A DNA stretch of 56,576 nt, counting the filler, from Sluysia triapertura (taxonomy: Eukaryota): the NCBI GenBank assembly GCA_046118255.1. It is 4 parts of 4 records of this genome, joined end to end, with 100 filler letters (N's around TTAATTAATTAA, not from the genome) between each part and the next. Parts side by side here need not be neighbours in the genome. Positions count along the whole stretch, not along the records: positions 1 to 15,063 come from JBJNIA010240105.1; positions 15,164 to 27,071 come from JBJNIA010157380.1; 2 more parts are not named here. One strand, written 5' to 3'. The notes beneath the pieces are model-generated. The model was not told the origin of the DNA and ran no database searches. It saw only the letters and a program-made list of their open reading frames with translations. A program made the translations under genes and the position numbers. This document shows, one piece after another, positions 13,401-23,433 of the stretch (positions are counted from its first letter, which is position 1; each line of letters starts with the position of its first letter).

Positions 13401-13922
13401 TAATAAATACATTACAACAAAATAGAATTTTATACCTCATTAAATTGGAGCTTAAGTTGATTTTACAATTTAGGAGTAATATAAACCTTATATAAAATAA
13501 AAATTTTTATATAAAAAATTTCCGAATAAATTTATTTATTTATTTAACTTATATTTTTTATATTACTTGTCATTAATTAAAATATTGTGATGACTACATG
13601 AATTTTAATAATTTGTATGCACATGACTAAACTAATATTAACGATAATATCATTGATTGACTAAATTATATTATTGATTTTATATTTGTATATGTTATAA
13701 ATTTGTAAATTGATTATTGATTAAATTATATGTGTTATAAATAATTGGATTTATTTTCAAATTTTTATTAATATTTCTAAAAGAATTAATCAAATACGGT
13801 TAAAGGATATAATTTTAAATCAAAGTAAGATTAATAAACTACATCTTTAAATTATAAAATTATATTTCATTATTATAAATTACTGAAAATTATTTATTTT
13901 AAAAAAATAAATAAATATTAGT

Positions 13923-13958
13923 TTTGTTTTAGTCTGACCAAGGTCAGACTAAAACAAA
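13923..13958. repeat. Perfect 17-bp hairpin with a 2-nt loop, possibly a Helitron/Helentron-type terminal palindrome
   Basis: TTTGTTTTAGTCTGACC-AA-GGTCAGACTAAAACAAA. Confidence 0.7.
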
Positions 13959-14449
13959 CATAAATAAACAAAATTTTTGTTACAACCACCATAAATTGAT
14001 TTAAACAAAATTGGTATCATAATCGTGCTCTTTTAAATTTCTTCGACGAAAAGTTTGATTAGCCGAAGATTCAGAACATTATCTTTTATTTCGATTGTAC
14101 AGTTAGTTTATTTTTTATAAGATTAGATATCAACAAGATATCATCCGTAAAATCTTACTCAAAATCTTTGTAAATTATATTTTTGAATCTTGTAGCAGAT
14201 TCAGAGTAAAATCACATTAAAATTTTACGAGATAAAAAGAATTGTTTTTTAATTCTTGCGTAACTTTTTATATATATAACTATATTTATAATCTTGTACA
14301 TTTTAATAATATACCTTATGAATCTAAACTTTTTCTTTATTATTAAACCAAATCCAACTTTTATAGTTGCAAAATAAATCAAAATCCACACAATAATTAA
14401 AGAATTTTTGGTTAGAATATAATTCTAACGTCGTAATTTAATCATTTTG

Positions 14450-15063
14450 ATCCTATTTCACAGGATCCGCGTAAAATTACATTTAAACCCTTAAATAACT
14501 TGTAATGGTTAAATTACGATATAATAATTGAAACAGTTAGCCTAGAGCTAAGAAATCTAACAAATTTTTGACTTAACCTCCATTACTTTTACTTTACGCA
14601 AAATCTAATGGCTGGCCCTCGCTGGTAAGTTCAGTACGTTGGTGAACTCACAGCTTTAAATTAACCTTTATTCTAACTTTCTCACAATTTGATACTTCAT
14701 TTCATCTTGGTTACACAGGTATACGATATGGTTTCTTTCTGATAACCTTATCTTCCAATATTGGAATTTCGTGTTTTATTATTACTGAATCACATGTGTC
14801 ATATTTATTTCTAGCTATTGCCCACGGATATCGATAAATAACTTTATATAGTAATTCCTTTTGTTCTTTTGTTAAGTTCTTATTTTAATTTTTATTTCTT
14901 TATCTATATCTCTTTGTAGTTTAATTTTTTATGTTTTGGTTTATTATTATTCGATATTAGATTTATTTGAGTCTCTAATTTATAACTTACTATTTCTCCT
15001 AATTTAGTTCCTGCATATAACCATTTATTTTCTTCTGTGTAATTTATTATTCTTATTGGAATA
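14450..15063 (-). mobile_element. Ty3/gypsy pol fragment (protease-RT linker and RT start), decayed
   Basis: IPIRIINYTEENKWLYAGTKLG; NLTKEQKELLYKVIYRYPWAIARNKYD...IKHEIPILEDKVIRKKPYRIP; SSP...IRFCV; NLLDFL. Frameshifts and stops present; runs into the gap. Confidence 0.8.
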
Positions 15064-15163
15064 NNNNNNNNNNNNNNNNNNNNNNNNNNNNNNNNNNNNN
15101 NNNNNNNTTAATTAATTAANNNNNNNNNNNNNNNNNNNNNNNNNNNNNNNNNNNNNNNNNNNN
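15064..15163. other. Artificial contig linker
   Basis: N44-TTAATTAATTAA-N44, with stops in all six frames. Confidence 0.95.
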
Positions 15164-15764
15164 ACAATTCATCTATATTATAGGAATAAATGTTAAACAA
15201 TATTAATTTATGATTAATATGTTGTGATTAAATGTTAATAAATAATTTTTTATTTTATTAAATATACTTTTAGTTTATAAATTCAGTTTGAGTTTATTTT
15301 GTAGAGTTATAAATTAACTACTCTTAAAAAAGCATAAAACTAACGATTAATATAAATTAGTTTTTCCAAATATCAATATTTTTTTCAAATATTAATAATT
15401 TTTCTAAAGAAATAATTTTCTTTTATCTAGCTATAAATAAACTTTTAATATCACTGAATCAATAATTTTTAAACGTTGAAATTATATATTTGTGTAAGTG
15501 TAGCGATTCGCTATTTATAGTGTTTCTAAATACTATTTTTAGTAGTTTTATAAATAAAAAATAAGTTTAATAATTAAAACAATAATATTTTTTTAAATTA
15601 TTTATTATATTTTTAAATATATTTTTTTAATTTAATAATTTTTAATACATAAATACATTAATAATTTTAATATTTAAATTTAATACATCAATAATTTTAA
15701 TATTTAAAATATCAAAATAAAATATCAAATACACATAATACATTAATACATACATTACATAACA

Positions 15765-16470
15765 ATGATTTTAAATTTTGATTAGGTGAAATTAAGAAGA
15801 TAAGCGGATCGTTGACCACAAATCCTATTATCATTAGATAATTAAAATTAGATTGAATGTGAACATAGACGGCATTTTAATCAGTAAAATTAGTCGGCTT
15901 ATTGCCGACTAAAAGGGAATAGATGGCTTTAATTTCCGTCTTGTTCAATTCTTGATTTTAATTTCTTACAGCATCATAAAACTCCTATACAAGAATTACA
16001 ATTTTGCATAACATTAGAAATAGAACCACAGAGATAGAAGTTAGATTTGAATTATCAGATCTTTATAGCTGATACATTTATGGTTAACGGCGATATCAGG
16101 GCTTATTCTTTAGTAATTGATTAACATAAATATTTAGGACTAGAGGACCTAGGGTTAGTGATTTATTTTATATTGAATATATTTTGCATTAATACGGGTG
16201 CAAAGATTTAAGTTGTGTCACCCCTGTTTTTTATTTTTTTTTAAAAAGTAATTTACGTTGTTATAGAGAGTAATTTGCAATAGTGTTATAAGGAATAATT
16301 GTATTTTGTTATAAAGATTACTTTGTATTGTCGTCATAAAGAATAATTTATATCTTTTGATTGTAATTTTGTGATTATTCAAAGAATATATCGAGATTCT
16401 GAATTTGTTTAGTTATTGGGTTTTGATTAATAATTTATAAAGTAAAAAAGTATACAAGACACAACAATTT
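15765..16470 (-). repeat. Dispersed repeat, copy 1 (decayed coding-like, probably TE)
   Basis: Co-linear similarity to 46750-47325 (for example GATAAG.GGAT.GTT.ACCACAA, TTTTGCATTAATACGG, ATATATCGAGATT.TGAATTT); stop-interrupted frame on the minus strand. Confidence 0.7.
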
Positions 16471-16591
16471 ATATAAGAAAAGTTTTGTGTTTTTATTTTG
16501 GTAAATATTAAATGATTTATAAATTTTCTTTGAATATTCGATGAACTTTGTTTTTAAAAAATTAATTATTTTCATTTTAAAGCAATTTGAA

Positions 16592-16790
16592 ATGAACGCT
16601 GATACTACAGGAAAATTATTATTTTGATTTGTACGTGCTTTTCGAATTCATGAATAAATACTTAGAGAGAGAATAGTTTTAGATGTTGGAAATAAGACTG
16701 AATCCTTACCCGTGTTTGCAATTAAAGTCAGAGCTAAAAAAGTGATTGATTATGCTCGAACTTCTTCCCAGCAATTGAAGCCTCTAAGCT
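16592..16790 (+). pseudogene. PRMT1: PRMT1-like arginine methyltransferase pseudogene fragment
   Basis: YYFDLYV / FRIHE*ILRE-RIVLDVGNKTESLPVFAIKVRAKKVI-DYAR versus PRMT1 YYFDSYAHFGIHEEMLKD...[26 protein letters not shown]...DYA; stop, frameshifts and internal deletions. Confidence 0.75.
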
Positions 16791-17269
16791 CAATCTGAAC
16801 ACATTTTATAAATCAAAAAAATCTGTTACTATTTATTCAATGACGAATTCTGTACAAAAAAATCTATCGGAGCTTTTTATTTTGTTTTTCATTATTTTGA
16901 AATAATATAGAGAGCATTATTTATCATATATTAATTTTTGTTGCGTCAGTCCTAGATTTTCTTTTTGCGCGGGTTGTTGTGTACTTAACATTGTAATAAA
17001 AGTTATTGTTAATTTTCTTTTAATTGTTATAATTTCTAGTTAACTCATTTATATTATTGTTAAAGCGGAGACTTACTGTAGTAATTTGTATTTATTTTCT
17101 TTTGGTAATTGTTATAAAATTTAGTTTTTGTATTATTTTAAATTAAAGAATATAACTTCTGTTGGAGTTGAATAGTTACCGTTACTAAACTAATAGAATT
17201 TAAGATAATTTAAATTTATTTTGGTAAGTATTGAAAATAATAGGATTCCATTAAGTTAAATTAAACTCA

Positions 17270-17470
17270 CATTGACTTATCGTAATCCGTCATTTCAAAG
17301 ACGCAACAAACAACAAATACTTTTGATTGAATTTTACTTCGTCTTTTTCTTAAATATTTCAGTAATTTGACATTCTCTGGTAGCTGGTTATGAATTTTTG
17401 AAACATACAATTTTAACCTATTATCTCTCTTAGTGTCTCTGTGAATTATGTATAAATTGACGCATTTTAA
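17270..17470 (-). mobile_element. L2 LINE ORF2 C-terminal remnant
   Basis: Reverse complement matches 21200-21305 (TATGTTTCAAAAAT..ACCAGAGAATGTCAAATTACTG..AAATATTTAAGAAAAAG); NQLPENVK resembles the L2/CR1 WN.LP motif. Confidence 0.65.
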
Positions 17471-17599
17471 ATACAAATTCAGTTTCGTTTCAAAATTTTT
17501 AGTTATTATAAGAGACCATCGATAATTCGTTGCTTAAAATATTTCTAATTACATTTTATATTATCCGTACTAATTTATGCACATTGCGGAGATATTTTA

Positions 17600-17820
17600 A
17601 TGAAAAATGACACCCCTGAAACAGATCTAACCGCACACAATCAAGCACGTACCACTCATAAACAGTACATTGACAAACCACATTTAGTTTCTTTAGGATA
17701 TTCTAGCACAGATTCTACCTATGACGAATAAATTACATTTACTGTAAGCGGCAGATATGATCTGTGTATAAATGACTGTCGAGGTTCAATAAGCAGAACT
17801 ATCATAATCAATTCTCTAAG
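17600..17820 (+). pseudogene. Exon-like fragment with DKPHLVSLG (PHLDB-like, N-terminal to FHA), containing an in-frame stop
   Basis: ATG at 17600, DKPHLVSLG at 17672, one in-frame TAA, strong AG|GTAAGT donor at 17820/17821. Confidence 0.3.
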
Positions 17821-19054
17821 GTAAGTACATAAACGTTTGCCTCGTTTTATAAAATTATGAGTATCGGTGAGCATGAATGGCAAATAGCAATAAAACATAG
17901 TAAGGAATCAATTAAAAAAGAATGAAGATTAAAACATTTAGAACCTTTTATAAGCGTCAAAGATTACATTAACGTTTATATAGAAGTTTTAGAACCTCAT
18001 ACCTTTGAGGCTTTGATAAACTTTTATTTTTTAATTTTTGTTTCCGTACAACTCTATTTTAAGATGGGTTTAAAAGCGAACATCCATTAGTTAGATATTT
18101 ACATTTAGATTGCAATTTAGAAGGTGCACATTGAGTTCCAATTTATATGCCTTGCTGTCGGATTACCCGAAATCATAACAGGTACTATGAAACATAAAGA
18201 ACGAATCTTTCCTTCATTAGTCAAAAAGCCTTTGTTTTTCAGTCTGTAACTAAATCTTTATAATTTAGGTTACAATAAATTTCTAGTGTCATCAAAAATT
18301 ATTGTGTCGACATACAAATCATGGTTCATGATGTGCATTCCTGCAATTATTCTGGTCTTTAGGAACAGGAAATTCAGAAATGGAAATAAGCGGAAGGTTC
18401 CACATTGAGAAAATCTGTTTGAAATATCATCGTTTGATAAGAATGGACTCATTATCCCCCTATATTCTTATACAAAATATGTAATCATAAGGTAAAAGCT
18501 GATAAAATAGAAAATATTTAACAATTTCAGTTTTATATTTTGTTTAAGTATTAAACTTTACATTTAGAAGTTAAGTTTCATTTGTTAATTCTTATTGGAT
18601 ATTGATTTATATAAATATTTACAATACTTTCTTATCAATATAAATTTTAATATAACGAATTTTCTATGTGCATTCATAAGTTTTTATTCTGTATTTTTAA
18701 CTTAGTGCGACAATACAGAAAAGTGACCTCAATGATTCCCATGGAAACTAAGGGACCATGGTCCAATAAATCAATGATAGAAAGCCAAATACAACACGGT
18801 ATGGTTTATCAAATTTAAATTTTCGAGAACTCACACTGATTTGTTGTTTGAACATAAAAGTGACCATTTTTAAGAGACGGTAATAATTTTTGAAAAGGAT
18901 TGCCCCACACGTGCCACACACACTCCATTGAGAAACAAAATCGATATTTTTAATTAGGAATTCACATTACAGTAATTGTAACAATGATAATATCAATAAT
19001 AAACGGTTTGCATGACAACGCCGAATCGAATTTCAAATCAAGCACACCGGACAG

Positions 19055-19343
19055 TCATACCACGAAGACCTTATGCAGATCTGATTGGCGACATCGCATA
19101 TTGGATCGAGGGCACACTACCATGTCATCCTTCTCCATCATTTCGGGAATCGCCTTCGTGCTGTATACGTAGCCATTCGGAAATGCGACTGGAGGATTCT
19201 GGTCATTCATTCGCAGTCCGGTCTTCCAGCAAATCAGAATCGAGTGATCGTATCTGGCAGCGGGGATGTGACGAGACACACTGTTTACTGGCTCGTTACA
19301 CACCACACATTGAGATTTCTTCGTTTCTGGTCGGTAGCAGTCC
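19055..19343 (-). CDS. MAEA: MAEA/GID9 (CTLH E3 ligase subunit), last exon, RING-like region
   Basis: DCY...CVVCNEPVNSVSRHIPAARYDHSILICWKTGLRMNDQNPPVAFPNGYVYS...VVCPRS...KVFVV* matches MAEA/Fyv10 CPVC...MNENNPPMMLPNGYVYG...VVCPRT...KVYIM. Acceptor TGCTTCAG; phase compatible with the previous exon. Confidence 0.9.
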
Positions 19344-19849
19344 CTGAAGCAATATACAATTAGCTGAAGAGGCACATTTCCACGAGTCGTTGAAGTTCAT
19401 TCAAAATCACTTACTTTCCAATTTAAGACCGGAATTTATATTTACCTGGAAAAATAGTCAGTCTCAAAATTTTGTATCCTCTTTAATCGAATTTCGGATA
19501 GTGTCGCATAGCAACATTTGCATTTATAAGGTTCAGTAATATTCAACAATGGATTATCTTTCAATTTCTGAAGGAATAAGTTGAATAATAGAAATATATC
19601 ATACATTTTGTGCAGAAATACATTTCAATCACTTAGAAAATTGAAAATGGATGTACAAAAAATAGCAGACAAAATAGATAAAATAATATCTGAAATATAC
19701 TAAGACATTGATCTACGAGACCCATGGCGTCACACAGTGTCACTGGAACTGAAAATGTCAAAGCGACAAATCAGCATCCATAAACAGAACCGCCACGTAA
19801 AATCAAGCAAATATAATAACCCGTAAAATGACAAAATAATGGAGCTTAC

Positions 19850-19983
19850 TCAGTCTTGTGTACCGATATTCCAGTATTGACAATAAGAGAGAGCAGTGTT
19901 GGATCTTTGTAGAACGAGTAGAACTGCAGAACGCAAGAGTGGAACTGGTCTATGATCCATTCTTCGTCCACTTTCCATTCTTT
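19850..19983 (-). CDS. MAEA: MAEA/GID9 penultimate exon (CRA region)
   Basis: KEWKVDEEWIIDQFHSCVLQFYSFYKDPTLLSLIVNTGISVHKT (cf. W..LIQQF...LTLQAGLSAIKT); AATTGCAG acceptor, GTAAGC donor; 134 nt. Confidence 0.85.
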
Positions 19984-20160
19984 CTGCAATTAATATTAAC
20001 ATTATCACTGTCACTAAATTGGAAGTATTCGATAAATTCGGTAGCCTGGTAAAAAAAGTATTCTATTTATCATCTAGATGATTCAGAAGTTTCAATTTTG
20101 ACAGAGAAATAATAGTTTTGAAGATTCGAGTTAGAAGAGTATTTCAAATGAATGACTAAC

Positions 20161-20352
20161 CGCTTGTTTCAGAACTTCGTCTCTGGATCTCAAAACCATC
20201 AGCGTCATTACCTGTGACAGCTTTCTCATGGTTGCTTCTGATATAGTCTTAGGGTCGGTGACTGATTGAGCATACTTGATAGCCTTCTCGTAAAGTCCGT
20301 TTTTGATGTATAGGTAGACCTTGAATATTTGAAGGTCAGATTGAAAAGTGTG
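20161..20352 (-). CDS. MAEA: MAEA/GID9 exon (CTLH end / CRA start); upstream exons not found
   Basis: HTFQSDLQIFKVYLYIKNGLYEKAIKYAQ...LSQVMTLMVL (cf. LEFSLRIQEFIELIR...AVRHAR...QVMGMLAF); AATTTCAG acceptor, GTTAGT donor; 192 nt, in frame. Confidence 0.82.
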
Positions 20353-20833
20353 CTGAAATTAATTAAATAATTTCACAAAATTAAAATCTTGTAATTTAAA
20401 ATATAATACCTCGAAAATTTTGATAAATTTGAAGAAAAAATTATTAGTTTTCGATACGGACGAACACTGCAAGCTGACCCTATTGTACAGACATAAAAAA
20501 AACAATGCTGAACAAGAACTATTAAACTCGAGAGTGCCCATTTCCTACTTAGCTTTCGAGGAGTTAAACTTTAGAAAAGACTCGAAAGTTGCACCCAAAT
20601 TTTTAACTTTGGTTCAGAATGAAGTTGTTCCGGAATCAGAAGGAACGAAATCTGACATTCTCGGTGAATTAAAAATAATTGACACTTAGGGTTTATATCT
20701 TTATTGAAGGAAAATAACTTTTTAAAAAAATTTCTAGCATTTCCCCACTATCAAAAATTTATGAGGAAATGTGTATTTCCACAGAGTAAATAAAAGAGGT
20801 TCTACAGTAATAGTATTGATAATACACTATAAA

Positions 20834-20897
<64 letters not shown>
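20834..20897. repeat. (TAT)n microsatellite
   Basis: Pure trinucleotide run. Confidence 0.95.
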
Positions 20898-20898
<1 letters not shown>

Positions 20899-20959
20899 AA
20901 AATTATTTTTAAAACGTTCTACGAATTGGAATAATTTTTAGACAACTATTTTAAAAGAA

Positions 20960-21385
20960 TAGCAGTCGCCAGAGATCTCAAGTAACATTTATCTTAAGGA
21001 AGTACATTGGTTACTAGTAAAATCAAGAATAGAATTCAAAATCATGACAATAATTACGGAAGTGCTGAATATCTCTTAGAAATAATACAAAAATGGGAAA
21101 CCAAGATGATATTTCATTGAGACATAATAATAAGCTATGTTTCAAAAATATACAACCAGTAATAATAATAATAATAATAATCTATATAATAAAAATAATA
21201 ATCTATACAGAATTCACAGTGATAATAAGCTATGTTTCAAAAATATACAACCAGAGAATGTCAAATTACTGGAAGATTATGAAATATTTAAGAAAAAGGC
21301 AAAGTTATATTATGGTGAATGTTTTATTTTAAGCGTTTTTGAGTACTTACTTTGTAGTAGATATATTATTAAAATAAATAATTAA
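20960..21385 (+). mobile_element. L2 LINE 3' fragment
   Basis: QVTFYLKEVHWLLVKSRIEFKIM (cf. HITPVL..LHWLPV..RIEFK), QPENVK...FKKKAK, and a TTAAGCGTTTTTGAGTAC tail. Confidence 0.8.
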
Positions 21386-21639
21386 AAAAAGAAAAAATAA
21401 AAGTCGAATGACACAATAACAAAAACAATAAACAAAAAGTAAGAAACCACTCATAACAATCTCTAAACAGAAATATTCATAGACAACAGCACTAACAAAT
21501 GTTTTATGCAGAAATATTCCAATCCGACTCGTGGCTATTCGATTATACATAACTAATACTATTGTGTGTGTTGGTTATGAGGATTGAATTGAAACTAGTT
21601 TATTGTCATTGAATGTAAAATTATTATTCTAACATTATA

Positions 21640-22190
21640 TTTAATAATAATTCTTGAATAAATTTTTATATTATTCATACTAATACAAGAAAATACACAC
21701 GAAAGGGTAGTGTATTACAAATTGGATATACACAAGTATCGTGAAAATCAAAAAGAGTGAATCTCAAGCTGGAAGTAATTTTATTTCTGATCAACTACAC
21801 ACAAAAGTCGAAAACATGATTTTTAAGAAAACTGTTATCAACTAGGAAAAGTTGACAACAATGTGACTTAATAATATGATTCAAATGATTGATAAGAGAC
21901 AATACGCTGGCACATTCTTGGAAAGATAGACACCACTTTCTCAGATAAATTGAAATATCAGTTCTTCATTCAACTAAAGAGAAAAATTGTTTTTTTACAC
22001 GACATGATACGTACATACTTGAAAATATATCGATTTAACATTTTGTCCAAATCACAATTTGTCACGTTACAACTTTTGAATAATAATGACAACTAAAACT
22101 CGGACAGGAGTCATTTGCTTGCACATTCTCTAGAACTTTCTAAAACTTTACAAAGGCCACAAGCTGTATTATCTATTAATACTTTGCTTT
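21640..22190 (-). pseudogene. Decayed intronless ORF downstream of an inverted CCAAT pair
   Basis: Long frame with many stops (..DLDKMLNRYIFKYVRIM..IFPRMCQRIVSYQSF..), weakly similar to IVSRMCYSFLSFDVF of the 390-aa ORF; ATTGGCTA/TAGCCAAT at 22249-22271. Confidence 0.3.
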
Positions 22191-23359
22191 ATCATAAATT
22201 GATAATGGACTTTGTTAAACTTTATAATAAACATACATATAAATAATGATTGGCTAAATTTAGTAGCCAATATATATCAAATATTTTAGCCACTTTATAC
22301 GTTGCGGTAAATAAAGTTTAATTTGACAAATGTTACTAGAAAGAGTTGAGCTGATATTTAAATGCATAATTTACTTACTTAAAATATTAGGTAACATAAT
22401 ATATGTAAATATTTGAATATGAATCGCACTCGTAGTAAAGTTCGAAAGTTCGGTTGAAAAGAAATACACAATATTATTGCATCGATAAAATTATTGTACA
22501 ATAAGTAATAGAAATAGACAAATATTAAATTAGATAATTGAACTTCATATCTTTATAAACGAATATTTTTATTTTTATTATAAACATATCACCAAGTTGG
22601 GTAATTGCTATGACGAGACAGATTGTACACAGAAATTGATCGTAGTAGGAAAATAACTGGGTATATTTTCTGTACCCTCCTGTAAACTTGATACAACTCT
22701 CTGGAGCGTTGTTACAACGCACTCTTTACTCTTGTAGAATCATTTAAAAACAAATCAGCTTTAAATGTTTGATTGTGAGAACGAAACTTCTCATTTCAAA
22801 ACGTAAAATTTTCCGAAATCTTGTTCACCTGAAACAAGCGATTGTATGAAACATTTCGAGTTTTTGTCATTATCTGCTACTTCTTCTCTCACCTGAATTA
22901 AAATACTATTCTGATGTGACTTTACTGGATCCAATGATAAAATTACTGCCTTGTGATTTGAAAGATTTAATTCCATATGATACTTATGTATTTTTTCTTG
23001 ATCCTAAGCAATAGTATCATCACGATTGAATGTACTTTTTGTTGTGATCACTTGATAAAGAATTTTGTGATTGTTTAAGACAAATTGAAAATGAGCAATA
23101 TGAATTTGTTTTAAATTACTTAGAACAAATATGAAAGACTAAGTGCAACGACGCAGTAACAAATTTCATTTCCGTCTAAGTTAAGAATGATATATGACTC
23201 ATCGAAAACTGCGCGAACGAACATAAACAGTGACGCGACATAAAAGTTACTAATCGACTGACTCCAAACCGATTTTGAATTTGAAACGGGTAGTTGATTT
23301 CACTCTTGCTACGGATGTAATTTGTAATGTGGAATTATTTTGCATATTTTTTAATACGT

Positions 23360-23433
23360 ATTTAATTGCGACTCGCGAAAAATTTCAAATTTTGAAAAAT
23401 GGCTCGGTCTATCAAAGAGTTTGGCCAACCCTG
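23360..23433 (-). mobile_element. hAT (Charlie/Buster-type) terminal sequence
   Basis: Minus strand begins CAGGGTTGGCCAAACTCTTTG...GAGCC, typical of hAT terminal inverted repeats; the other end was not found. Confidence 0.45.

Noticed and set aside
15108-15119. TTAATTAATTAA palindrome, repeated at all three gaps
   Set aside because: Artificial six-frame-stop linker; adjacency across the gaps cannot be assumed.
18984-20052. Plus-strand ORFs 18984-19172, 19012-19347, 19085-19363 and 19858-20052
   Set aside because: Antisense shadows of the GC-richer MAEA exons.
17335-21305. Inverted repeats apparently flanking the MAEA island, suggesting Pack-type transposon capture
   Set aside because: Both arms are diverged L2 LINE 3' fragments of a family also present at 1-80 and 42760-42971; they are not TIRs, and no TSD was seen.
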